A stretch of 64,000 bases of DNA, from the NCBI GenBank assembly GCA_977030845.1, contig OZ365118.1:20026001-20090000 (forward strand). The letters run 5' to 3'. This DNA is from Fimbriosthenelais zetlandica. Taxonomy: Eukaryota. Each line of letters starts with the position of its first letter. The first letter of the stretch is position 1. Both the position numbers and the translations under genes were made by a program. Below the pieces are notes generated by a model. It was not told the DNA's origin, did not search any database, and was given only the letters and a program-made list of their open reading frames with translations. Positions 1-11,550 of this stretch are shown here, one piece after another.

Positions 1-554
1 TCTCCTCGCTTCTTTATAATTATATCACAAACTGATGTTGCAGGTGGTTAGCCATTCAATTCCAACCCTACCCTCAAAAAATGACGGTTAAACGAGATGA
101 CGTCAGTGTTTCCATGCCACAACAATAAACAATTAGTCGGAGGCAGGCTTTTGGATCCAGAAGGCAGGATCCAGATACTGTGTGTTGGGAGTATTTATAA
201 TTCATAATTCTTATTGCCTCAGCTATAGGCTGGGGAGATGATTTGGAAGGGGATTCCTTGGTGGGAGGAAGGCTCGGACCAATTTGGAAGCTTGCCCGTG
301 GTCATACTCATAATCTTCGGGGAATTGAGGTTTTTTGTGGAATGGATGGTATGATGAACAAGTAGTAGCATGAAAACTCCTCAACAGAGAATGGGCTCAT
401 TGCACAACCAGTGGTTAAATCATTATTGTACAACGACTAAAATATAGCCAATTGTTATATGAACAACATTATTCTTGGACAACCTACTAAATATAGTCTA
501 CTTATTATATGAACTACCCTGAATTAACATTGTACTTTTTCTCTTTCTCTCCAG

Positions 555-622
555 GCAAGCCATTGCATATCGATATGGAGCTTGCATTGGCCAGCTTCGA
601 CAGTATCTCCGAGGTGAACATG
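555..622 (+). CDS. Lcch3: Coding exon equivalent to GABA-A exon 3 (68 nt): (G)KPLHIDMELALASFDSISEVNM
   Basis: Acceptor tactttttctctttctctccag|GC and donor ATG|gtaagt. The 68-nt size and SEVNM end match the conserved GABA-A exon 3. Too short to appear in the ORF track. Confidence 0.93.
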
Positions 623-2175
623 GTAAGTGTGGACTAATTTACATACCGGTACTTGACCAAGTTAACTCTGTAATTAAGTTCTCTGACATGGCTGTGAATA
701 CATGTCAAAGGCTGAGCAGGTTTGAGTTAATAATCACGTGACTATATCAGACAGGGATGCTATATTATAGGATGAATAAGGCTATGTTTATTCTACCACC
801 GCTGGTTTGATTAGAGTAAATATCCCACAATAGCTCAGCATGGGACGACCAACTCAGGCTTGGCAATTCACTCAACATTGGTTTGCAAACCATTAGTATG
901 CTGAAACGAAGATAAATGGGAATCCTATTGCCTCAATTGTAATCTTATTCTGAGATTTATATGTAAAGTCCTCTATGTGGGTCCTTTATATTAATGGACC
1001 GGTATATATGAGTACTTAATAAGTATGTCAGCTATAGGTAGGCTATATATGAACCCTCACCGAGACACTCATTCCCAGAACTGATTCCAACTATTTCTCT
1101 ATCAACTATTTTTCTACCTCAGATTGATTTATATCATAAATAATTTATCCTCTAGCAACATGCTCTCTGGAGGCTACAGAGTTTTTTTCTTACAAGTATA
1201 GAGTTTTTGTCCCGAGATCTCCTAATCCTATAAATTATTCTTTGAGGCAAGGAACAAAGGCAAACGCAGAGCCGGGGCCTAGGAGTGCCACTGGGAGACA
1301 TGAACACTCGTTGTGGTTACATTTTTCTTGGCATTATTTTTTCTCCAATGACATGAGTTTTTTACCTGTCAGTGCTGGATATAAAAACCTAGGAGGGGAA
1401 TGGAAAACACAGGGGAAAAAGCTGAGCCGAGGGGGAGAGATCGAGCAGGGTTTGCACTGAGTTGCATGCACTGCTATCCAAGATCCATAAGCCTGGCCAG
1501 AGTTGCCCTAACCCATGTACGAGTAATTTAAAACAGTTCTTCATTATTTCCACGGACTTCCAACAAGGAATTATGAATCAATCGCTCATTACATTATTTA
1601 ATACTATGGGAAAAACTATTTAATACTTTGGAAAAAATCTAAAGACCCATCCGTGTTCAAAACGATCCATCTCCCCATAAGTAGATTAGAGTTTTGAGCA
1701 TGTTCCTCCTCAGACTTGGATCTTCAAGTGAAGTCTTTGAAAGTGAAACAAGGCGTGAGAAGCCCATGTATCTGAGAGGAGGCCATATATATTTATATAG
1801 TGGCGAGCGTCTGGGACTTTGTGGCTGAGAAGTAGCTGCCTGAGATGCGACTGATATCAGTCATATGTGACTGGTTTTAGATGTGACTGGTACCAGTCAT
1901 ATGTGATATAAGATCTCATTTGGAGTAGGAGAGTCTGGTGGGAAGCCCTGCTTGTTAGCTTCTCTCATCTCAGCCTCACCTCATTATGTTAATATGGGTT
2001 GCTCTTCTGTACTTGGCAGAGCAGCTCATGAGTTATTTATAGATTATGCTTTGCGTGATCTAAGCATGAGGCTGGAGGCTGCCCCTACTGACCTATCATA
2101 GTGTAATGTAGTCAGAGGTCTGTGTGTAAAATAGAGGGTGAGAGGGTAAGAGCATCCGGCATGGATGAATACATG

Positions 2176-2571
2176 ATTAATCCTATACCTCCCTCTATCA
2201 GGGATAAAGTCATTAATCCTATACCTCCCTCTATCAGGGATAAAGTCATTAATCCTATACCTCCCTCTATCAGGGATAAAGTCATTAATCCTATACCTCC
2301 CTCTATCAGGGATAAAGTCATTAATCCTATACCTCCCTCTATCAGGGATAAAGTCATTAATCCTATACCTCCCTCTATCAGGGATAAAGTCATTAATCCT
2401 ATACCTCCCTCTATCAGGGATAAAGTCATTAATCCTATACCTCCCTCTATCAGGGATAAAGTCATTAATCCTATACCTCCCTCTATCAGGGATAAAGTCA
2501 TTAATCCTATACCTCCCTCTATCAGGGATAAAGTCATTAATCCTATACCTCCCTCTATCAGGGATAAAGTG
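2176..2571. repeat. Perfect minisatellite, 11 x 36 bp (ATTAATCCTATACCTCCCTCTATCAGGGATAAAGTC)
   Basis: Read directly: all copies are identical except the final base. It explains the three repetitive ORFs at 2044-2724. Confidence 0.98.
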
Positions 2572-4720
2572 CTCCTCCGAGGGCTGAAAAAAGCGCTGGA
2601 TGCATCCAGAATTAAGCTTAAAATGTATTTTATGTCTTTTCCAAACTACCAAATAATGGCCAATCTTAGATAGAAAGCTCTCTCCTGGGGAGGTCAGTAA
2701 ATGTAGTATGAGTCTCGGGAGCATGTACGGGTTTCTAGTATTATATTAGTGGTGGGTATTCTTGTCATATCAACTGATGATATGTATAATGTAATATGTC
2801 AGCACTACCGGCATATAAAGGTGTGTTAGGATGATGAATGCCATGTGTGACTGTAGGTAGTGATAACATACCTGTATATAGGTGAGGTACCTCTATATTC
2901 ACCTGTTACATGTACCTGCTACCTGGACGGTAGACTGAAGGCCATTCATTATAGAGGTAAACTAGTGTATCACCTCCCACACCTACACCCATAACTCAGT
3001 CAGTGCAGGCGTGTCTGATCCACTATTATATAGGCGGCGGAACACACCATGAACAACCCGGGCAAAAGGTCGTAACATGGTGAACTTGACACTGAGAAAA
3101 GGCTTCATTTATAGCTCCAATATCAGCAGTTTATCTCAGGAGATGTATGGGCTAATTCCATATGAAACATGAAAGCTAATACAGGACGTTTTATTAGAAT
3201 AGAAAGAGAAACGTTAGAAGCCTAACTCACACTACAAGATGCATTAATATCAGGTTTAAAACAGATAATATAGAGCATCAACAAATGGATGGAGTCCACA
3301 CTTGTATGCATGAGGCACAGCGTCATTGAGCAGGAACAACTGCTTCCAGTCGTCTGAGAAAAAGGATATGGCAGCACCAGTAACACATCTCTCCTATTGT
3401 TCATGCCCGTAAAGTGCCCATTGTTGAGCGGGCAGAGGCGGATAAAAAATGAAAAGAACCTTCAAATGAGGAGTCTTTTGTTCTGGAAAATGACTAGAGA
3501 GATGGGGGGAAATGGTTGGCATGTCCAAAGGGATTACATGAGATAGGCTGGCTCCCAAAACTGTTACATTGTTATCGTGCTGTTATATGATAGTTCAGGG
3601 CGGTGGGGAAAAGTTCAGAATGTAGTCTGAGAAAATTATCTTGGTTTCTTAATCTCAGGATGAATATAAGACTTATAGTATTGTGAAAGGGAGAACAGAT
3701 GCTGCCAGGGGTATTTGTTGAGAGGTACATGTATGTCAAATGCTGTTGGGCAGGGATAGAAAGTTGTTGCATTTCTATGTACTTGAACACATTAGGAGAA
3801 TGAGAGTTGGACCATGTACTTGTACATACTATAGTTAATGTCACTGTGAGTGACAATATAAGTGTAATCACCCTCAGTAATACATGTAGACTGACCCTGA
3901 CTATGATGGACCTCCCATCAATGTGACGCTAGACATGGTCGTCTACCAGCTCACAGGAGGAGCAGCTCACAAAAAAAGATCTGCTCTCAGAGGCAGCAGA
4001 TGACAGGCTCAGAGGTAGGCACAGAGGTAGGCGCAGGATAATTACACACCCTCTTGTTTTTTGTATGAAGGAATGGGGATCTGCTTGGGTTCTACATACA
4101 GTATCCATCCTGGCTGAGGACTGTGTATGTAAGCAGGGAGAGTGATGGCTACAATATGCTTTAATGTGAATCATGACATGGCCACATACACCATTCAACA
4201 TGCAACATTTATCATTCCCACATGTACCATTCATATGGAATAATCCATTTTCCATGAGGATTTTCATGTGTTCAAAATGATTTATTCTAGTCCCTTTGTC
4301 CTTTACTATAAGGATATATGTTGGGGGTTGTGTAGGGTAAAGGAACAGCCACCAACCAAGCAGTAGTTGTATCTATGACCTTTCTTACAGAATGAAGGTC
4401 ACCCGCTTCACCCTAGCAACCCGTCAGGTCACTACACACCATTACTCCTCCACCCCCCCCCCCCCCCACCCCCCACCCCCCATATCCACCATTTATACCC
4501 CTCAACCCTTCTACATAACTCACCACCGTTCCCCCTCTTACCCTTCTCTGGTAATACCTTGTCTGGAAGCAGTAAGAAATGTTTGTAATATATCAGAGAG
4601 CTGGTATTTACTCACCATTTGACCAAGGTCTGATAGGACATAGTCACACAATGCAATCATTTACCAAGGTTTAATACCTCGTTAGTCGAGGTAAAGGTCG
4701 CCTGTAGGATATGGTTTGAG

Positions 4721-4860
4721 ATTGAAGGAGGCAGTATTAGATGGAAGGAGGCAGTATTAGATGGAAGGAGGCAGTATTAGGTTGAAGGAGGCAGTATTAG
4801 ATTGAAGGATGCAGTATTAGATGGAAGGAGGCAGTATTAGGTTGAAGGATGCAGTATTAG
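4721..4860. repeat. Minisatellite, 7 x 20 bp (RTKGAAGGAKGCAGTATTAG)
   Basis: Directly visible tandem units with few variant positions. Confidence 0.95.
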
Positions 4861-7800
4861 AGTAGTTATTGGGATGTATTAAAGGCTGAAATGTTGTTGT
4901 GTTGCCAACAATCATGAGAGTATTGATTCCTCCTAGAGTTAGGTCAACTGCCGGAATTGTGATAAGAAAGGAAGGAGAGGAAGGAGGAGAATCGATGAGA
5001 GGGTTTTCTCTCGTGCCTGTACATCAGTGGCAGTATTTGTAACCTGGTGAAAGCACTCCATCTTCACTGCTTTATCTTCCATGTTTCAATCACATGTATT
5101 TTACTCTCCATCAAAATGCATCTGCATCAAAATATGAGCGATGCTCTATGACATATGATTTATTCTAAGTTAAATCATATGCTATATATCTTTCAAATAA
5201 CCCCCATTGAGACTTCTATTTTGAACACCTGTGGCAAAAAAGGAATATGTTTTTACCACGGAATAACACGGATGTTGTGGTTTTACCCCAAATATTAAGG
5301 CTATGCCAGGACGTACAGAAATGACTTAAATATTTCACAATTCACGTGTCCACCTGCTTCCAATGGAGACCCCAATGGTGGTATATATAGGTATGGAGAT
5401 ATGGCACGTATTTAATACTAGTCAAAGATAACCAGATGGTCGGGGAGGGGCAGACCATGGTACCTGAAATATATAGCGTCATTTGTGTAGATAATATTTT
5501 TGTCAGGTGAATGTTGTATAGCAATATGGCGAGGTAAGAGCCACTGCTCTGAGACCCAGCTCTCATGACATGCCTCGTACATTACCTATAGGAACATGTA
5601 TTTTTATAATAAATCCATTACTTCATGTGAGTTCGTGGCTACCGTTTCCTCCTATAACAAGGTTTTTATTGTGGAGAACATTTCTCCAGATATATTCTTT
5701 GCTTCTGCAATTCCGCACAAACATGCCAGGGATTTGATATACACTTTCTGTAATTTCTCAGTGGGCCACTCCATAAATATAGATACCATTCTGAAACATA
5801 TTGATGTACATCTCAACACCAAAGGTGTGATAAACATCTCATGGAAATCCGTAGAAAAAAATAAAGAGTATTTTACCGGTAAGTTATGTTTTAAGTTTTA
5901 GATGAAAGCATGTCTGATTCTTTTTGACGGACACCACCACAGATGTGACATTACGATAAGGCCTTGGTTTGATCTGCAGCCATGCATCAAACCAAAATCA
6001 GGTGCAAACTTAGATAGATCACTCAGTGAATTGGTACGATAGAAGGCAGTGGTAAAACATGCACACCTGTTCCTGCCTAAACCTAAATATATCTATGATA
6101 TATGATATATTTTATAATATAGGAGCGGGAGAGCCCCTTAAGCCCTCTATAAGTTAAGGTTCTTGTCTAAGCTCTAGGGAGATTGGAGTGGGCCATATGT
6201 TGTAGGGTTTAGTAGTAGGAGCGCACTAGACAGATTATTGTATTGAGATGTGGCCTGGGGTTGTCTGAGAGCGCCTCCTCGTGGCAATGTGCTGGTCGGG
6301 CGGGGGATATTTGGGTACCACTCAAAAGTCTGAGTAACTCCAGACATAACACCACTAGCTCGCACTTCAATAATCTCCCTTTCTCTCTCAATCTCTCCCG
6401 ACTCTCCCTCCATCTGTTCTTTGCACCAAAATTCTTTTTTTAATCCGAACATTCCATTAAACTAAAAGAACTGGGATGACTATATTTTGTAGGCATTTGA
6501 TAGCAGAAATATCATAAGGATTGCCATGAGTGAATAGTGAAATCTATAGTTGTATTTATTGGCGTATTCCCCATCTCCCATGAAGCCCCCAGTCCTCTGA
6601 GATTGCAGACATCCATTTCACCAAGCTGAACTTGGAGTCTGGAATAGTGAGTTAAAACCTAAAGGTCTAAGGAACATTTAGAATTTAAATGTCGAGGTAA
6701 GAAAGTAGCGTAAGTGTGTTGGTAAAGAGTGGGAACAAGTGGCTTAAACCCATTTCTAAGCCAACTGCTGGACTTTCTTTGGCTGGCAGACATTTTCTTG
6801 GCGGGGACTTGGGTAGACTGTATTGTAAGGCGAGGCGTCCCTGTATAAGGCTGCATATCACATTCCACCAGTGTGGTTTAAACGACCTGAGATGGATCGC
6901 TTCTACTTGCTCAAGTCTCATATTTTTCTTGAAATAGACCTTTAGAAATCAAGTCAACTAAAGAACATCTTCATTCTGTTTTTCTTTCCTTTCCCCCCCC
7001 CCCCCCTTTATTTAGGGGTGGGATTAGAACTGCCCGAAACAATCTAAGTACCAAAATGTCTTGTCCATTTTCTATTTATATACTCAGTCAATGTGAGATG
7101 AGAGTAGGTGATATTTGTGTAACAATAGGTGGCTATCTGACTCAGTGTGACAGAGTCTGAGGGGGGGGGGAGTGACCAGACAAATACTGAAATACTGCAC
7201 CACTGTAGCCATGCATGCCACCACCCTCCACCACCACTTTGGCACCACCCCCACCCCCTTCCACCCTCACCAAACTTGAGTGAGGGCGTTCGCCTGGACC
7301 TCTGACGTCATTGCCTCATCTGTGGTAGAGTGCGAGTACTTGGTCGCCAAATAACCATTTCTCCTATTTATTATTAAACCAAATAAGCCTCGCTTATTTC
7401 ACGGACAGTCTCAGTATATCCACGACCATCCTCCTCCCTACAATAACATGGTTTAAGAGAGGAACTTCTAAGGCATTCCGGATATAGAGAAAAAGTGAAG
7501 AACATGTGGTTTTATCACTGTAGAGTGGGTGAGGGGATAGATTAGAAGAGACGGAGAGTTGGAAGGTTGGTGTATTTTTTCTTGTATACAGGGAGAGTGC
7601 TGCTTCTACTCGCATCGTGTGAACATTGGGCCACCTCTTTGTTTGCACCAGTTAACATGGAGCCTGAGTAAATCACGTGGGCTCCCACGTGGTCTGGCGG
7701 GATATAGGTCAGTGGGTTTGGTGGTGTAGTCATGGCTGGTCGTACAGGGGGGAGATAAGGGGGTTTATAGAGGAGCAGCTCAGGCGGGGTAGAGATAAAG

Positions 7801-10800
7801 GTGATGTATAACACATTACATGTACATTACATGTACATTACATGTACATGATTCATAGAGAATCAATGCTGCACTCACAGCTTAAATAGGACATACATAA
7901 TACTAAACAATAACAATGGGAATGGTCGCTATATTGTAAATAATACATACTTGACAGATAGGATCAGAACGCGACCAATGTGCATTATAATATGTCACAT
8001 AATGAATACATTTATCTCTATTATATCTGTCACACATTGTATGGAGATATCAAGCTCCAGTTCTCACTCCCACCATGTGAACATCCTCCCCTACATTGAC
8101 ATAGAGTGAAGCGCCCATTGAAACCAATGTCAATGTGGCTGGAGTAGTAGATGGAAAGTGGACGTTGAATGAGGGACACACGGGTGACAAAGCCAGTGTA
8201 GTATATGAAAAAGGTGCCTTCATTCAGGCACCTCCATCAGCTGTCTGGTTATAAATAGCACACGGGTTAACATTCTAATGAAAGAGATGACAAATGACTG
8301 CTTTCAAATGAACTACTACCAATTACTTTCACAGAATGAAATATAAATGAACCAGAATGCGGATATTGCCCATGTTTCTGGTAGCAGTAATGTCCATTAA
8401 TTGGCCTCAATGTAACATTGCCAATAGTAACATGGCAGTATTGTTCATTATTTCATGAACCATTAATGTAACTGATGGTTATTAAAACGTGACTATTGTA
8501 TATATATCACAGGGAATGTATTTATAAAGCAGGGAATAGCTGGTAACAAGGGAGGCACATTCATCACTGACTAAGATGGGATTCTATAACAGTTTGGTGG
8601 TTTATAATAGAACAGGGAAACTCAGCACTAAATGTGAGAATCCAGTAGAGGTATCATTGTGTGATATATGATAGTTGATCATGTTTTTACATGATGACAT
8701 ATCTGTCAGTTGACCTCCATTAGACTAGTTTAACTCTCCCTCTGTCCGCTCTAACATGTCTCATTAAGGTACCAGCCGCTCAGTCCGGGTTAAGTGCCTC
8801 CCGCCTCCCGCCCTTCTCATCTTACCAGCTTTTCATTTTTTGTGAAACCAAATAAAGAGAGCGGCTAGGTTTCTATAGTGACATGTGACCATGTTCTGTC
8901 TCCAGGGGCGAGCTATATATAGACTGAGAGGGATGTCAATGTGGGATTATAGATGGACAACATGGGTTAGCCTGGATTAGTGGAGGGATGGCGCTTTATA
9001 TGGAGTACTATGTTATAGGGATGTGTAGAGAAGCATGTTATATTAAGAGGTTGGGTCTTACACACCACAGACGCCATGCTTACATCTTACAAGACGCGGG
9101 GTGTGGAGATATCCCATGACAGATGGCTCGAGTCTGACTGTACAGATTCATCAGTCAAGATGGCGGCCCACGCCTGGTGATTAATGGTGATTTTCAAAAG
9201 CTGAAGCTTTGCAAAAATAATGAGAAGTAATTTTGGAGAGAGAGCGATAATAGGGAAGTGGTAGATGGTGGGTAGATTAGGCTGGAGGAATGAGAGGCTG
9301 AAGTCACATGACAGGGAGATAACATGTAGAATCATGTCACGTCACACCTCAGTCATGGCGGGGCCGCTTACCCCACCATCAATATTGATTGCAATATCGG
9401 CCCAGGCAAAAACTAGTCCTATTTTGTGTTTGACAAAAAGTGTTCTTGCTGGGGTGGTTCATTATCCCCTGTGATTAGGGCCATGCCTAGAATAGAAAAC
9501 GCCGGGGGCACGAGCTGCATTCAGATCCAAGTACTATTTTTATCAACATTTTATTTTTCGAACCAGACAAAAAACGTCTGTGTAATGAATGTATTTGACC
9601 ATGCTATGGAAGGAAGCTATCAAAGCAAGAACAGACACTTTTATATTAATTGAGCAGTTCTTCGTTTTGAGATTTCCAAGAAAAGATTGAAGGAAGGAGC
9701 TGAATTGACCATCAAATGAAGCTACAATAATTGCCTTCACAGCTCAACAAGTTGTGGACTTTTTCTGGAAGATTTCTTCTAGAAATTTCTTCTATCTCAG
9801 AAGATGCTCTCCATAATATTGCATGTTAGGTTGCCATGCGGTGTGAGAAGCATGATTCTCTCAATATTCTAGAGTTTGAGTAATACTAGTGGTTGTGGGT
9901 TGTATAAGTGAAACTAGAGCATGTTATATTGAACATACGTCTAGATTCTACAGGCAGGCCTATATAACCACAGAGAGACGTGTTGGACACAGGAGGCAGG
10001 GAGAATAAGAGCTTGTAAAGAATGTGTGTTTAGCCGCACTTCAGTTCTCCACTTAATCAATATGCTGACAGTAATGGGTAGAGTCTGGTGTTGGAAACTT
10101 CCAAAGTCATGCACATTAGTAATGGCCTATAGGAAGCTCCTTCATCGGATTCGCTTTCTGAAAATAGCGACGAGTAATGGTGAAGAAGGCGCGGGCGGCG
10201 GCGGCGGCCATTAGATGCGGACACCCAATTCTGGCGGATGGCCTGCCACTGGACATTAGCCAAGCTTTATGAGAATTAAGGAGATGGATTCAAGGATGAC
10301 TTGTTTTGCCATGTTAGAGAAATGGCTTGACGGGTTCACCTAACTGCCACCTTTTATACCGGCAGAGTCCACTGGTTCCTCAGCCAGAGGGGTGGTGAGG
10401 GGTGGAAGGCTGGGGGAGAGGGGTGGTGAGGGGTGGAAGGCTGGGGGACAGGGGAGGCAGGCTGGGGATGGAAGGATGGGGTAGGGGTAGAGGGAGGAGG
10501 GGATGGAAGGTGGGATACAAGACTGGGGCAGGGATTGGGGATGGAAGGATGGGTCAGGGTGCTTTATCAAGGATAGACTGCTGGGTTTTGAAAGTAAATT
10601 TATGAAAGATCACCACAAAAATGTATTCATCCGGTCTACCACCATAGAGACTATATGAATGGGGGGATGGGAGTAGAGATGAATGTGGGGAGGAGGGAGG
10701 ATGGTAGAAGCACAAGTGGTGATGGCTGTGCTTGTATTCTAAAAGCAATCCTCTCAGCTATGTGATGGCAATACGGCCTAATGACGGCCCACTATAGAGG

Positions 10801-10871
10801 AGGCTAGCAGCGAGCCATGTGAAGCTACTTCCTATTCCACACCTTTACTTTGACAATTGGGTGAGTAATCA

Positions 10872-10992
10872 GGGCTGGAGGTTGCTGGAGGCTGCTGGAG
10901 GCTGGGCCTGGCGGGCTGGACCAGGCTGGACCAGGCTGGACCAGGCCTGGCGGGCTGGACCAGGCTGGGCCAGGCTGGACCAGGCTGGGCCA
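10872..10992. repeat. Degenerate ~10-bp tandem repeat (GGCTGGACCA-like)
   Basis: Repeated ggctggacca / ggctgggcca / gctggag units. Confidence 0.85.
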
Positions 10993-11462
10993 TGTTATAA
11001 TTGGCTGGAGACTAGAGAGACATTTAACGACCTGTTGAGCAATCACAGACAGATATGTACCTCAACCCGGCACGCAATTATAGATCAACACTTATTACTG
11101 TGTCATTATAATGTCTGACAAGCTGACAATCTGAGGGAAATTATGAGAGTATAAATACGAGAAAGTTTGAGAATCTTGAGGGAGTAACACCGTCTAGCTC
11201 AGTATAGTACATTGTATATATATATATATATGGTCACACTTTATGACCATTATATCTGGCATGAACTTGTTAGTTGATACTAACAAATTGAACATCTCAT
11301 AATACGTATATCCAGCTCCTACAGTCTAAGTATTCTAGTGTATGTGTAATGTTGAACAGCCAACCTGAGTCAGAGTAGTGGAGACAAATTAACAGAGAGA
11401 GCTATCTCTAGTTCACACATAAAAGGCCAGAAGCAATCACAAACGTGATGCTTGTGATGAGA

Positions 11463-11550
11463 GCCCGGTGAAGGCCCCGTGAAGGCCCGGTGAAGGCCCG
11501 GTGAAGGCCCGGTGAAGGCCCGGTGAAGGCCCCGTGAAGGCCCGGTGAAG
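11463..11550. repeat. Minisatellite, 8 x 11 bp (GCCCSGTGAAG)
   Basis: Directly visible, CpG-containing unit. Confidence 0.95.

Noticed and set aside
2176-2571. CRISPR-like 36-bp repeats and resemblance to a tetO array (14/19 match to TCCCTATCAGTGATAGAGA at 36-bp spacing)
   Set aside because: There are no spacers and no cas genes. The tetO mismatches include the core, and there is no vector, minimal-promoter or reporter sequence nearby. Treated as coincidence in an animal minisatellite.
2044-2724. Three long overlapping ORFs with 12-aa repeats
   Set aside because: Artefact of a 36-bp unit lacking stops in three frames. They have no splice context or protein family, and lie inside an intron.
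6659-6937. Overlapping ORFs with a faint reverse-transcriptase flavour (GLSHLFPLFTN...YLDI)
   Set aside because: Motif spacing is wrong for RT motifs and there is no extended homology.
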